Shown piece by piece: positions 25,402 through 39,314 of a DNA stretch of 64,000 nucleotides (position 1 is its first letter; every line of letters begins with the position of its first letter). The stretch spans positions 10,044,001-10,108,000 of the forward strand of contig OX597828.1 of NCBI GenBank assembly GCA_951406725.2, written 5' to 3'. The notes under the pieces are model-generated. The model had not been told where the DNA came from and searched no databases. It was given only the letters and a program-made list of their open reading frames with translations. This DNA is from Octopus vulgaris. Its lineage: Eukaryota. The translations under genes and the position numbers were made by a program.

Positions 25402-25730
25402 ATATTTGTAATTACCCAACAAAATGTGTATCGGTAAAAACGTGTTAAATAAACTCGGTCTCCGGCATGTGAAACAGAAATCGAAAGTCCTGCAAAGTTG
25501 AGTCGAGAATTGAAATTGCATTTTATCTGCACTTGAAAACAGATCCTTACTCACCTAGTCGTTTTGTCATCTCACTTACTCACTTACTCCTTACTTGTTT
25601 AGTTATCAACACAAGAATCTAATTTCTTAACTTACACCGGTAAAATATTGCGTTGCGATATTTGTAATTGCCCTATAAAATGTGTATCGGTAAAAGCGTG
25701 TTAAATAAACTTGGTCTTCTGCATGTGAAA
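25402..25730 (+). repeat. Local ~73-bp direct repeat
   Basis: 25402-25474 versus 25658-25730 (ATATTTGTAATT.CCC....AAATGTGTATCGGTAAAA.CGTGTTAAATAAAC...GCATGTGAAA). Confidence 0.85.
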
Positions 25731-25747
25731 ATTTCATCGAGAAATCA

Positions 25748-26100
25748 TAGGCACAAGCGTGGCAACATGGTAAGAAGCTTGCTTCCCAAATATATCGTTT
25801 CAGGTTTAGTCCCACTGCGTGGCATGTGTCTTCTACTTGAGTTTCGGTTGGACTAAGCCTTGTGAGTGGATTTGATATATATCGATCTTTGTGTCTGTGT
25901 TTGCCCTCCCCACCACCGGTGTTGGTGTGCTTACGTCCGCGTAACTAGCGGTTCGGCAAAAGAAAGAACGAAGCAATAAGTACCGGGCTTTAAATAAAAG
26001 TAATGGGGTCGATTCGTTCGTCTAAAAATTCGTCAAGGCGGTACCCCAGAATGTTCACTGTCTAATGACTGTTTAAGGACTGAAAAAAGTAACGGATAAA
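25748..26100 (+). mobile_element. Family-1 SINE (diverged)
   Basis: TAGGCACAAGCGTGGC...GTCCCACTGCGTGGCA...GCCTTGTGAGTGGATTTG...GCGGTTCGGCAAAAGA. Confidence 0.85.
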
Positions 26101-26863
26101 TGATACATGTAAGGTAACCTACTCACAAGTTTTAAAACGAGACATTTTTATTGTACGAACTAAAACATTTAAATCTGATGAGTGATTCATAATATATGGC
26201 CTAACATATAGAGACCAAATTTGATGTTTTATACAATCTTAACTAATAATGATTTGATCAGCAGCATTTATTTTGCTCTAAAGTACATTCTAATGAAAAT
26301 ATTTCATTCAATAAAAATGTTTTAATAATGATTTCACTTACTGCCCGCAGATTTCATTGACAATAGTCATCTTATTAAGTATTTTTAGATATACCCACCT
26401 TTAGCGGTAGAGTAATTATACACTTTTTAAAACGTCCACAGCAATTCATGGCAAATTTAATTGAAACGTGTGCTGGAAGCATATCACCGTTCGCTTTTGA
26501 CAAATTTCCATTACCAAATTTCACACAATTCCATTTTATATTTTAACTGTTACCTGTTAGTGCATCTTATCAATTCTGGGGCAACCATTTCTACGATTTC
26601 TAAGTGTTTATATAGAACCAGTGAGATATTCAGCAATTAATTCGTTATCCCTGTATTTAATGAAACTTCGTTATTAGCACAAATGTATATTATTTATTGG
26701 ACATATTATGCAGGACATTAATGTTCGAATGAATTTATTTCTCACCCCGATTATGCAAACTGGTACAGATTCATGCATACACGCATGCACACTGCACAGA
26801 TACTCTCACATATATACATACATATACACACACACGTACACACACAAAGAAAAACACACACAC

Positions 26864-26894
<31 letters not shown>

Positions 26895-28610
26895 ATGTAT
26901 ATATATACATATATAAATACATAAATACATACATACATACATACATACATACATACATACATACATACATACATACATACATACATACATACACCTCAAT
27001 AGCAGAACTGTTCTACGATATTAAATATATTTCCACCATTGAATTGCAGAAATATATGCATGGAGCAGAGATCACAAGAGAAATACTATGCCATACTGAG
27101 AAAGTCACCTACTCAGGAAATGTGAAAATTTCGATAGAACACAACATTAAATATTTCTGATCTTAATTTTTCACTATGGAGATTATTCCTGTGCCTGTAT
27201 ATTCATAAGCACATGCGCAGTTGATCACATTACAAATTCTTAAATAATAATCCAAGGATACAGAGCTTCTCATTTAAAATCAGATTCATTATGTATTTTC
27301 AATATATAACAGGAACTCTAAAATCATGTGGCATATTTTTTCGTGACATTCAACATGTAAATCTATATCGCTGCTCCTTTTTTATGAGTCAAAGAATTGT
27401 CTATAAGTTTCAAAAGTTATAGATCATATACGAACTTATTTATCGATACATATATATATCCAGGCAGTTTCATATCTGAAAAAATAAATCATATATGCAT
27501 ACATTCAAAATATCTCGTTCCAGGATACAGGCGAGCTGGCGCTGTTGTTTTGGGAGTTTTCATATGTACGCATATATTACATCTGATCAACTGACATAGA
27601 AACCAAACTTAACGTAAGCACAATGAGAATAAACCATAAAATAAAATGTAAAACAAATAATAGTAAAATTCTTTTGGAATTATCAAGGCTTCCTACATAT
27701 ATTTCTCCGATGAATATGAAGGGTAAAGTTACTTTTTTTAATAGGTTTACTGTTTCTTCTCGTGTTAAGCTTATATATTGATACTCGTGCTTGATAACAG
27801 TACGGGTATCAATATATAAAGCTCTATGTCAATGTATGTAAATAAATATTGAGTAAATAGGCCCTTTGAACACAAAAGGTCGAACACTGCCAGTACCATC
27901 GATCGATTGTAATAACATAAAGAACAATATATAATGTCACTCATAGGTTATTACTTTAACCTGCAACAGTACGAAGTGATTTCCGAATGATTCTCTTATA
28001 ATACATATTTAGCGAAACATCTGTAGTCAAGTTTTTCGCATGTGTCTACCTCTCCCAGAATTTCAAAGTAGGTATAAGATGCACTTCAACACACAAGAAA
28101 CGAAGCTGTTGTTTATAGTTCTAAGCAACTCTTTCCGATTTTGCACATCAGCAACCAATTGTCAGAAGGAAGCCAGTTACTGCTTTAGAAGACAATGATT
28201 GATCAGTGAAATCTAACATGCCTTCCGTTTAGGATGTTACTGAAGCACACATTGCAGTTTCACTAGACATTGACGCATTACATCAAATAGTCCTACACTT
28301 ATATGATAAATCTCAACTTTTCAAGAAGTGTTACACTCTGCATTGACTATAAGGGTAATTTAAAATCTGATTTATGGAAATAACTTAAAAAGAGGAACAC
28401 GAAAGTTGTGATTCACTATCAAGAAAATCTCTGGTTATTCAAGTTAAAATACATTCTACATTCCAGTCAATGTGCCTTGAATACATTTTAATGATATTCA
28501 AAGATCTGGAATATTTACTACTTTAACTTTTAACTTATTAGAACAGTATGTACTAACAATGTGTCAAATATACTTATAATTTTAGTTGTACTCTATTTAT
28601 ATGTTTTATA

Positions 28611-28799
28611 TCTTACTTGTTTCAGTCATCAGACTGCAGCTATGCTGGGGCAATTCTTTAAGAAAATTTAGTGAGACAAATCGGCATCAGTACTTTTTTT
28701 TATTTTAAGATTGGTATTTTTAAGGCTAAGTTACTGGACCGTAAACACATTAACACCAGTTGTCAAGTGGTGGTGGTGACATACACACACGCTCATACA

Positions 28800-28884
<85 letters not shown>

Positions 28885-29083
28885 GTATATATACACCATT
28901 GTATATATATATATATATCTACAACGGGCTTCTTTGAGTTTCCGTCTACCAAATGCACCCAAAAGGATTTGGTCGACCCGAGAATATAGCTGACGTTACT
29001 TGCCCAAGGTCTCACGCAGTGGGATTCAACCCGAAACATGTGGTTGCGAAGTAACTTTCTTCCCACACAGCCACGTTTGCACT
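28611..29083 (-). mobile_element. Family-1 SINE (diverged)
   Basis: TTACTTGTTTCAGTCA...(CA)n(TA)n(TG)n...ACTTGCCCAAGG...CCACACAGCCAC, colinear with 36017-36475. Confidence 0.85.
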
Positions 29084-29172
29084 AATAAATATGAATATGA
29101 ATATAATTAAAATGTGTTTAAGATAAAAGATTGAATACAGCCACAAGCTTGAATCTAGATTCCAGAAAAAAT

Positions 29173-30814
29173 GTAGAATCTTTTGTAAGTAAATGGTACA
29201 AAGTGTCATATTCGCAGAGTGGAACGCTTCTTTGCCAATTTGATACGTGCACTGGGGATCCCATAATTTAGAAAATTTTAATCCGCTGCAGGATTCATAG
29301 AAAATAAGCCCAGAATGTGCAAACGAAAAAGCCTGTATATACTGATGTAAATAGATAAAGTTATGTTGATAGAATATTAATATAAATAACTGACTCTATG
29401 TGTACTTTAGTATTTTATATTTTCTTACGCTTTGTGTTCTTTGATTACATTCCTGATAAAAATTAAGTTTAGAATCCGTATATAAATTAGCAGCAAAGTA
29501 TATCATACTTATATCGTATATCTTTCTTATAGTAGTTCGTTACCCATTATGCTTAAAATTCAATATATTTTTACAGCAGATATCAAGCAGTTTTCCTCCC
29601 ACTCTTGAACATTAACACACTGCTTATCCAAAGAAACGGACTGTCTCCAATCCTGAGATTGCAATTAACTGGCAATTAATGGAACTCTTAAGTTATATCT
29701 GGAGCGCTGACAAGCTAAATTTGGAGAAAACACAGTGAAAGCAGTCTGGAAATATTTTCTCATGAATACGTGAAAGTAAACATTTTTCTAATACAGATTT
29801 TCATTACAATTCTACAATTTTCTATTTTGTTTTATTTCGTATGAGCAAAAGGTCAATTTGGTTATGAACTAAATATCAAAATAAACCAAGAAATGCTCCA
29901 TTGGAAGACTTTTGAATAGTAAACATTTAAAATAAAACTGTTAACACGGAAAATTTCAAATCACACTATCAAAACCTTTCATAACTGTTATAACAACAAT
30001 TATCAAGGGATGCGTCAGATTAGAAAGAAATTAAAGTAAAAGTCAATCACATCGTGAAAATCATTCCTCTGTGGTTCAGTTCTGTGAATTGTTAATTAAC
30101 GAAAGGCGTCTAGCCATATGGTAAGATTGGATGGTTGCACGCAAAATTTGAAAGTTTCAAAGAATAAATCATGCTAAGTATCGTATGTCATCATGCAACA
30201 CAGATGAACTGGTGTCATTAAATTTGAATGGCTACGAGAAAAGTTCTCTTTTTTTTCCTCCATAGACTTTTGACTCTACATTGACGAGTCATCTGGCCTG
30301 AAATAGTCCAACCAAATACAGCAAAGCATAGCAGTTTTAGTTAGTTTTTTTTCTTGTTTACACAGATACATATATTAGTCGTATATTTCCAACTCGTCGT
30401 ACAATGTATATAATTCGCTGCTTCTTTCCAATTGCATTGATGTTACTGCAACTGTTATGCGGTCTTAGCTATGGAGATCAGTGAGTGTGCACAAAGCCAC
30501 AGAAGCCAGTGCAAATTCAAAAAGTTTGTGTCTAATTTTAAAGTTTCTTAACAGGAGCCTACGTAACACACGTCAGTTTCATAAGAAGCCACGTTGTATT
30601 AAGTCATAATAATGTGACATCCCCTTTCAATGCCTTCATAATTCTTTATTGAAAAAGTAGATATAAATTCTCGTGTATACATACATATATACATGTATGA
30701 GTGTATGTGTGTATGAATGTATGTCGGTACATACTAAATAAGAGGGGATTTCAAGAACGGTCTGACATCCTGACTGGTTGTTTCGTTATATAACAATGTC
30801 TCTCACTCTCCATA

Positions 30815-30857
<43 letters not shown>

Positions 30858-31460
30858 TTCTCTTGTCCTTTGGAACTTAGCATATGATTTGTCACCAGTA
30901 CATTATAGAACCATATGTGAACCGTGGAATAAATATCATACCAGCAAATCTTCTACAACCCAATGTATACGTGTATGCATATATATTCTGACAACGAAAA
31001 TGATAATGTACTCAGTGCTCGCAGTTCACTTTATATATTGCCGCATCGAGAGATGGTGACAACATGGATGCGTACGCCTTTTCTTGTTTCTCGTCGCGTT
31101 CTTGATTACATTGATACTACAGTAGAAGGCGGGTTTATTTTCGAAATGTTCTTTTGATATAGCTACTAAACGCCGTTGTAGCTTTTGTCTGATACATTTC
31201 TACTTTTCTTTACTCAGTCGATCATGTTTACGTAGAATCTTTTTTTTTTTTAAATAGTACAAAGTATCATATTCGTAGAGTGGAACGCTTCTTTGCCAAT
31301 TTGATACACGCACTGAGGTTTCCATAATTTAGAAAATTTAAATCCGCTGCAGGATTCATAGAAAATAATTCCAGAATGTGCAAACCAAAAAGCGTGTATA
31401 TGCTTATATAACTAGATAATGCTATGTTGGTAGAATATTAATATAAGTAATTGACTATAT
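29173..31460 (+). repeat. Dispersed ~225-bp direct repeat pair
   Basis: 29173-29399 and 31232-31460 are colinear with scattered substitutions (shared GAGTGGAACGCTTCTTTGCCAATTTGATAC and AATCCGCTGCAGGATTCATAGAAAATAA). Confidence 0.9.
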
Positions 31461-32124
31461 AAACTATCAACTATATAAAATATTAACATTGAATTCTAAT
31501 TGTTTATAACGATTATGACACATACGAATATAGATTTTTATACAGGATTTACGAGCAGAACTTTTGTAGTACTTAACGCTTTAAGATAAAGTTGTCTTTC
31601 GCTTAAGAACCGATAAACCCCGAATTTTGTTGAAATATTTTCATCTACATGCGACTAAATCACAACAGAGTTCCTTGACTATATTATAATATGTAAAACT
31701 TCTATTCGTCTTTGTCTCAGAATTTTATATTATTGTCAACTATGAACTATCAAATATTTCGTCGCATATTTCATCCTAATTTCTGAAATTGAAGTGGAGT
31801 TAAAATATGTAAAATTTTTAGATCGCTGATACGAATAGACACATAATAGCTGTGATATAATTTGAGGATATGAACGGAAAGGAAAACAACAGAAAGCAGC
31901 ATGGTTCTGTCTCTGACGAAAGTCACAAATCACACGCAATCTTATAGAAACACACAACTTGAATAATTACTTGAATAATTATAAACAAAAAGTATATATA
32001 TATATATATATATACGGCTGCGGTCAAGCTGAAGCATTACCGCGGTCTCTTTGATTTCCTTAGTCTGGAGTACATCGCATCACCACTCCTGTATGTGCCT
32101 TTGTCTGGGTTGTTGACCCATTTG

Positions 32125-32170
<46 letters not shown>

Positions 32171-32172
<2 letters not shown>

Positions 32173-32355
32173 TGCGCCATTTTTAAAAGCCTAGCGAGGC
32201 TCATATGCCCGGTTTCCCGGTTCCTATGGCGTATGCGTTCCCCAGTTGGACGGTACGCCAGTCCATCGCAGCGTTACTCATTTTTGGCAGCTGAGTGAAC
32301 TGGAGCAACGTGAAATGAAGTGTTTTGTTCAAGAACACAACGCGTCGCCCGGTCA
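32171..32355 (-). mobile_element. 5'-truncated SINE, CORE-like body with tail B
   Basis: Minus strand GTGTTCTTGAACAAAACACTTCATTTCACGTTGCTCCAGTTCACTCAGCTG, then GCTGCGATGGACTGGCGT...GAACCGGGAAACCGGG, as in 46240-46350. Confidence 0.8.
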
Positions 32356-32405
32356 CATGCACCTCTGCGTGTATAATTAACAGTATTATAGCTTTCATTC
32401 CTTTA

Positions 32406-32612
32406 AGGCGGCGTGGTGGCTAAATCGTTAGCACCCCAGGCAAAATGCTTTGTGGTAACTCGCCCGTCTTCACTTTATCAGTTCGAATTCTGCCGTGTTT
32501 GACTTTGTCTTTTAACCTTTCGAGGTCGAGAAAATCGTACCTACTGAGTACTGCCGTCGATGTAGCCGACTCACCCCTGACATTGATGACTTGCTGGCCA
32601 AATTTGAAATTA
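32406..32612 (+). mobile_element. tRNA-derived SINE with Nin/Deu-like central domain
   Basis: GGCGGCGTGGTGGCTAAATCGTTAGC...GTTCGAATTCTGCC...GACTTTGTCTTTTAACCTTTCGAGGTCGA. Related to 52818-52938 and 59028-59234. The domain name is from recall. Confidence 0.75.
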
Positions 32613-35600
32613 AAAATCAATAATATTACGGTTTCCACTTTTTGCATTGAACACCGATTGCTTTTCAAATGGGAATATGCAAGCATCAACCTGGATATTC
32701 GGAATAGTTAAGTCTTTGCATCTAACAATGTTCCATGTAATACTCTTTTAGCGCCGGTGTTAGAGAACGCTGGAAATTAATAAGCTATTGGATTATTTTC
32801 AACATGTTCTTGCTAATATCTTACTTGAATTTTCGGTAAAAAAAAAAGACCTGAATGATAACTCATGAGAATTCTCATGAAATATCGTTGAATATACCAG
32901 AAAGATACTGAAATATAAAGACATAGACTAAGTGCGTGACAAATTCCTAAATGATTTTGTTTCGTTTTTATTGGTTAAGGTAGGGGAAGAGTGCAGAGTA
33001 TACTATCCATACTCCAGGCCTCTGAAATAAGCGTTAGGAGGCCAAAATTTTAATCTATTACCAGAAACATTTCCTCATATCTGAAACATGAGTAGACATA
33101 AGTCTAGGTATCGAATAACTAGGTGCATATGCTACACTCTGCGATGTATTGAGCCAACCACTCAAGATTAAGCGAACAAATAAAAAATAAAAGTGGTGAC
33201 AAATAAATAAAGACGTTACTCACGTAGACACTTTAATGGAGTATCTTTTAAATGTTTTATCAGTTCGTCGTGTTACGGTAAATAATAATCAAATACTATT
33301 AAAACAAGTTTTGTATTTACTTGAGATAATTTTAAACACTGATGAGCAGTTATTACCTACGTTTCCATGGACACAATGACGAAAACTAAACTGTATAACA
33401 CCATTTAGTTAATCCAATTACCGTATTTATCGTTGTTTTTCTTCCGACGTTAAAATTAGGAAAGAAAACGATGTTACCGTTTTTATGATGTTTTGCTTGT
33501 TTCATAATGGTAACATACATACGTATACAATCGTAGATGAAAATACCTACAAATATATACACACAAACACCAACATAAATGCACAAACAAGCAAATAAAC
33601 ACGTGTGTGGGCGTGTGTGCGTGTAGGAAAAATTATTTTAGAAACTAGTAAGACATAGAGACAGTACAAATTAAAAATTGTTCGAGTTATGCATAAATAT
33701 ATCATGATATATACACACACATGTATATTTATATATTTATGTATGTATATATATATATATCAATACACGCACACACACACACACTCTCTCTCTCTCTCTC
33801 TCACAAACACACTCACACACACACACAAACATATACTCATACACCCACACATACCTGCAGAAAAAATACTCAATCGGAGTGAAAAGCAATTTAAGGCAAG
33901 CATAAATATATTATACACTGTTGTGTGTGTGTGTGCGTGTGTGTGTGTATGTGCGTGTATGTGCGTGTGTGTGCGTGTGTGTGTGTGTTAGACGGAAATA
34001 GTCATGCACGGGCACATATTTCCTTTTAATATATGTACTGAAAATCATGGCAATTTCGGCATAGTAACCAAAAAAAGAAAACCATTACTGACAACTTACG
34101 AATGTACAATGACCAGGTTGGGAGAGCAATATGCTGGCCAATTCTAATGGAGAATCAGAAGTTATTATAACAACATACATGCCACATATATTAAGAGGCA
34201 AATTCAGCGAATGCATAAGGTTAAAAATATTCGGAATAAGTGAATCTGAAAATCCTCAAGCTCTGCGTTATTTGATCAAGGAATGACAATATATATATAT
34301 ATATAATTGTGTGTATTTACCCATAAGGTCAGATATACAATGCTTCCTTATAATTTGGTTCAAATCCAAAATTATTTGTTTAGTAAAAACATCACAAATA
34401 TTTTCAAATACTGGATTAAGTTTTCAGATATTTTCAGACAAATCATGAAAAAAATCATATAGGGTCATTAACATAATGTATACTTTAAGTGTTTTGATTG
34501 ATGTCCAGATGAATACATTCTTTAACGACGTCATTTGCAAAGTAATTATTGAAAATTTCAATTATTTAATTTTATCTGCCACTACTCCTTATTTTCCAAC
34601 CATTACTGACACCTTACGAACGTATAAAATGTCCTATCTCATAAAAATTAGGTATGAATCTCTAGTGCAGTGAAATATATAAATCATTTTATTTTCAATA
34701 TGTACTACTCGCATTTGGTCAACATTTCTCCGGAGTCTATTTCGTATTGCAACTCCAGCCTAGAAGTTGATAATTTATATGGCAATAATATAGTTCAATT
34801 GATTTTATCGAATGTACTTAGTTAACTGCTACAGTTCAACTTGTACTTCGTCAAAATTATTGACATTATGTACATCGTATTGGAAGATATTCAAAAGTAA
34901 ATGTTCTCGGTAAACATGGAGATATTTATTTGCTAAAAGTGCAGCTATATGGGTGACTGCTTATAAATAACGAATTAAATATGTCCTATATAATTATGTC
35001 TTCTGAATTAGAAATAAAAATCTCTAAGACTTTAGTTTTAAATCTCACATTCATGGAACACTGCATAATTTATTTATCCCCTCACTGAATTGAATTAAGA
35101 CATCAATTTCGAAGCAGTTTTAAATAATTTAACCTTTCTTTTACCCTTAAAACATGTGCATTATCATTTGAACCTTCGGATGAGAATCACAGCTGCTGTA
35201 TTTAGTAGCATTGGCCTAAACAAAGAGAAAGGTTAACCTTTTGCGTCTTGATGATACAGTGTGTTCAGGCAAACAGATTAAACTGTTTTGAGTCGTAAGC
35301 AAATTAAGTCAATTTGAGTGTCTGAACGGAACAAAACTGTTATTACAGAATAAATTGTCAGGAAATTATTACCGTATTATGTTAGACGTGTTCTTTTCTC
35401 AGACACATCAGTTCCTTGAAGAGACATTATTTCACGTAGACAGTGAATATATTACTTCAATTTATACGCTATATTTTACATTTTTGATTTCAATGAAAAA
35501 TATAAAGCTGTGATTGAAACCCTATACTTTAGCATAGCGTTTCTTGTTTCAAACAAAAGAATAATTTTCATCATAACAGCGGGTGAAATCACAAGTTTAT

Positions 35601-36016
35601 ATTCAATGAAATCTAATTTAATCAATGTGCACACGAACATAGTATCGGTGGTACTAAGCGGTTATGTTGAGGTTTACGAAAATATGAAGCTTCACAGAGT
35701 TTGTAGAATCGTGAAATATAAAAGGATAGTGAAGACTATTTAACTAACTAGCAGATTCTGTTCAATAAAACAAAGCCCAGGTTAGAAACGCAGCACTGAG
35801 TGATACTGGCGTTAGAGGAGGTAAAATATACGGAGGGGAATACAATGCGAAAAATCAGAGAGAAGAGGGAAGATTAAAGCAAGGTATGTCACAGAAAATT
35901 AGTTCAAGGCAGAGAGTAATGAAAGTCTCATAAAAATAATGCTGATGGTAACCTGATATAAGGTTTAAAATTTGATACTTCCAATTGTGAATCCAGAGGA
36001 CATTTGCTTCATTATA

Positions 36017-36227
36017 TACTCTTTTACTCTTTTACTTGTTTCAGTCATTTGACTGTGACCATGCTGGAGCACCGCCTTTAGTCGGGCACATCGACCCCAA
36101 AACTTATTCTTTGTAAGCCTAGTACTTATTCTATCGATCTCTTTTGCCGAAACGCTAAGTAGCGGGGACGTAAACACACCAGCATCGGTTGTCAAGCGAT
36201 GTTGGAGGGGGACAAACACAAACACAT

Positions 36228-36306
<79 letters not shown>

Positions 36307-36475
36307 TATACGGTGGGCTTCTTTCAGTTTCCGTCAACCAAATCCACTCACAAGGCTTTGGTCGGCCCGAGGCTAGAGTAGAAGACACTTGGCCAAGGTG
36401 CCACGCAGTGGGAATGAACCCGGGACCATGTGGTTGGTAAGCAAGCTACATACCACATAGTCACTCCTGCGCCTA
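36017..36475 (-). mobile_element. Family-1 tRNA-derived SINE, full length, young
   Basis: Head AGGCGCAGGAGTGACTATGTGGT...GGGTTCATTCCC (A/B boxes), internal (TA)n(TG)n, tail (AAAAGAGT)n. Near-identical to 37271-37678. Confidence 0.92.
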
Positions 36476-36669
36476 TATTTCGATATTTTGCAAAAACTTT
36501 TGCTTATATATTTTTAGGCTTCACTCTTTTTCAGTCACATAAAACCGATACACCCAAACAGTATTTAAAGTATGTATTGATAAATAAAACGTTTAATCTT
36601 GAAGACTAATGAATATGAACACACATACCTACACTCATATACACTCATATATTATATGTATATACATAC

Positions 36670-36990
36670 AGATGGTTCATCATCGATGTAGACGATTCCG
36701 TTATTTAATCAACCTAATCACCTGTCCATAGAGTTAACCGGCTAAACATTTTTACAGAAGTGTGCCTTCATTGTAATATACAGGCGGAATCAGCGTGGCA
36801 CAGTGTGACAAGACTCTACTTTTGAATTAAATGTATTATCCAGCCTAGGCGCTTCTATACAGTTTCCTCTCTACCGAATTCGCCTCAAAATTTACGGATT
36901 GACACGAAGCTGTGAAAAAATATATATGTGCCAATAATGCAGCGCAACGGGATTGAACCTAGTATGTGATGCGTACAAAAATAACATATT
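36670..36990 (-). mobile_element. Highly degenerate SINE: family-1 5' half joined to tail A
   Basis: 36845-36960 resembles the family-1 body. 36785-36835 (AATCAGCGTGGCACAGTGTGACAAGAC) is the reverse complement of the tail-A motif at 1570-1598. Confidence 0.5.
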
Positions 36991-37270
36991 CACTCCACTG
37001 TGAAGGAGAACGAACCGACAAACTGACGTAACAGAGTAATAGTAAATCCCCTCGAAAAACAAGGTTACGTGTTTTCATCATATATATGTGAGCCTGTGCC
37101 CCCAAACAGGATGTATATGAAGTACAAGTGAAGTGGTAATAATAGTGCAGTAGATTTTATAGGTAGCATATGTTGTTACACTTTGCTACGTTTTCCTTCA
37201 AGCCGCTGGAACCAGCTAGTTATAATTCTAGAGCTGAATGCAAGAGCGACGTCATTTTGTTATCGATATA

Positions 37271-37678
37271 TACTCTCTTTTTACTCTTTTACTTGTTTCA
37301 GTCATTTGACTGCGACCAAGCTGGAGCACCGCCTTTAGTCGAGCAAATCGACCCTGGGACTTATTCTTTGTAAGCCCAGTACTTATTCTATCGGTCTCTT
37401 TTGCCGAACCGTTAAGTGACGGGGACGTAAACACACCAGCATCGGTTGTCAAGCAATGCTAGGGGGACAAACACACACACATACACATATATATACATAT
37501 ATATACATATATACGACAGGCTTCTTTCAGTTTCCGTCTACCAAATCCACTCACAAGGCATTGGTCGGCCCGGGGCTATAGCAGAAGACACTTGCCCAAG
37601 ATGCCACGCAGTGGGACTGAACCCGAAACCATGTGGTTGGTTAGCAAGCTACTTACCACACAGCCACTCCTGCGCCTA
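37271..37678 (-). mobile_element. Family-1 tRNA-derived SINE, full length, young
   Basis: Same organisation as 36017-36475. Confidence 0.92.
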
Positions 37679-37913
37679 TATAGCTTCTTTACGTCAAACA
37701 ATCGTAATGTTACTTTCTACGCACAAATGGTAAATGGATATTTTGTAGCCTTAGGTTAGACTGAGGACATTCATACAACAATATGTCCAAGAAAGTAGGC
37801 TAGAGAGCCACCCATGAGCAGCCGAGCAGTGACGTTACTCAACCACTCTAATAGTTAATGTGATAGTAGCAACGGAAGAATGCACTCATTCCTGAATAGA
37901 AATTTATGCATGA

Positions 37914-39314
37914 GTAGGTATTCAGGACAACGCACCCTTCAGTTTGCTGAGTCGAAGAAGCACCTCTTTCTGGGTGTCATTAACATTAACTTATGAATAA
38001 GATATGGAATGATGGTCACTGTATACTAACCAGTATTGGTAAAATTTTGAAATGTTCAACGATTAACAGCTATACGATTGATATGACATTTAATAAAGCA
38101 TTAAGAGTTTCATATAAGTTTGATAGGAGTTTTACATAAGTTTTATATAAATCTTAGGTTTCTGTGGAAAATTAGATCAAGTTTACTCGGGTATACAATA
38201 TTCGATTTTATCATTTGATTGCTGGACGGTGTACACATAATGATGGGTGAATGAGTGAATTCAAATACTATATAAAAGGATGTTTTGATAAGTAATAATA
38301 CTGTGTAACAATTTATGTCCTTGAGTAGCAACTGTTATTTACTATTTGAGTTCCCCTGGAAACTGTGAAAACGGCTAATAAAGCCTTGAAATTTTATTTT
38401 GTTAAACTTTTTGGAACCCCCAAAGATCCCACTTAGCACGTAGTTATGATGATGTCCAACCACTCCTGCTCATGAACAGAGATGCACATTTTGCCATGCT
38501 CAAGTGGTTGACGGAAGCAACTGAGAAGCAAATCTCGGTAGTGAGCATGAATATGGAAATTTCTGCTTCAGCTATGCTTAAACTGTCTGTAATGTAGGTA
38601 TTCAGGACAACGCATTTTCCCTTCAGTTTAAATAAATAAAAATTTGACGGTGTCGAAGAAGCACCTCTTTCTGGGTGTCATTAACATTAACTTATGAATA
38701 AGATATGGAATGATGGTCACTGTATACTAACCAGTATTGGTAAAATTTTGAAATGTTCAACGATTAACAGCTATACGATTGATATGACATTTAATAAAGC
38801 ATTAAGAGTTTCATATAAGTTTGATAGGAGTTTTACATAAGTTTTATATAAATCTTAGGTTTCTGTGGAAAATTAGATCAAGTTTACTCGGGTATACAAT
38901 ATTCGATTTTATCATTTGATTGCTGGACGGTGTACACATAATGATGGGTGAATGAGTGAATTCAAATACTATATAAAAGGATGTTTTGATAAGTAATAAT
39001 ACTGTGTAACAATTTATGTCCTTGAGTAGCAACTGTTATTTACTATTTGAGTTCCCCTGGAAACTGTGAAAACGGCTAATAAAGCCTTGAAATTTTATTT
39101 TGTTAAACTTTTTGGTGGAACCCCCAAAGATCCCACTTAGCACGTAGTTATGATGATGTCCAACCACTCCTGCTCATGAACAGAGATGCACATTTTGCCA
39201 TGCTCAAGTGGTTGAGGTCAAGCAACTGAGAAGCAAATCTGCGGTAGTGAGCATAGTATATGGTATAACGATATTTCTGCTTCAGCTACTCAGCGCTTAA
39301 ACTGTCTGTAATGT
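37914..39314 (+). repeat. ~700-bp tandem duplication (probable assembly artefact)
   Basis: Units start at 37914 and 38594. The cores appear identical (identical ORFs at 38143 and 38844, offset 701). The junction is indel-rich. Confidence 0.9.

Noticed and set aside
28233-28346. VSLDIDAL resembling a Penelope RT motif
   Set aside because: No other RT motifs are readable nearby.
31913-31960. CTGACGA...GAAAC hammerhead words (likewise 33338, 45110, 62274, 9948)
   Set aside because: Stems I/III and an NUH site cannot be formed, so these are chance matches.
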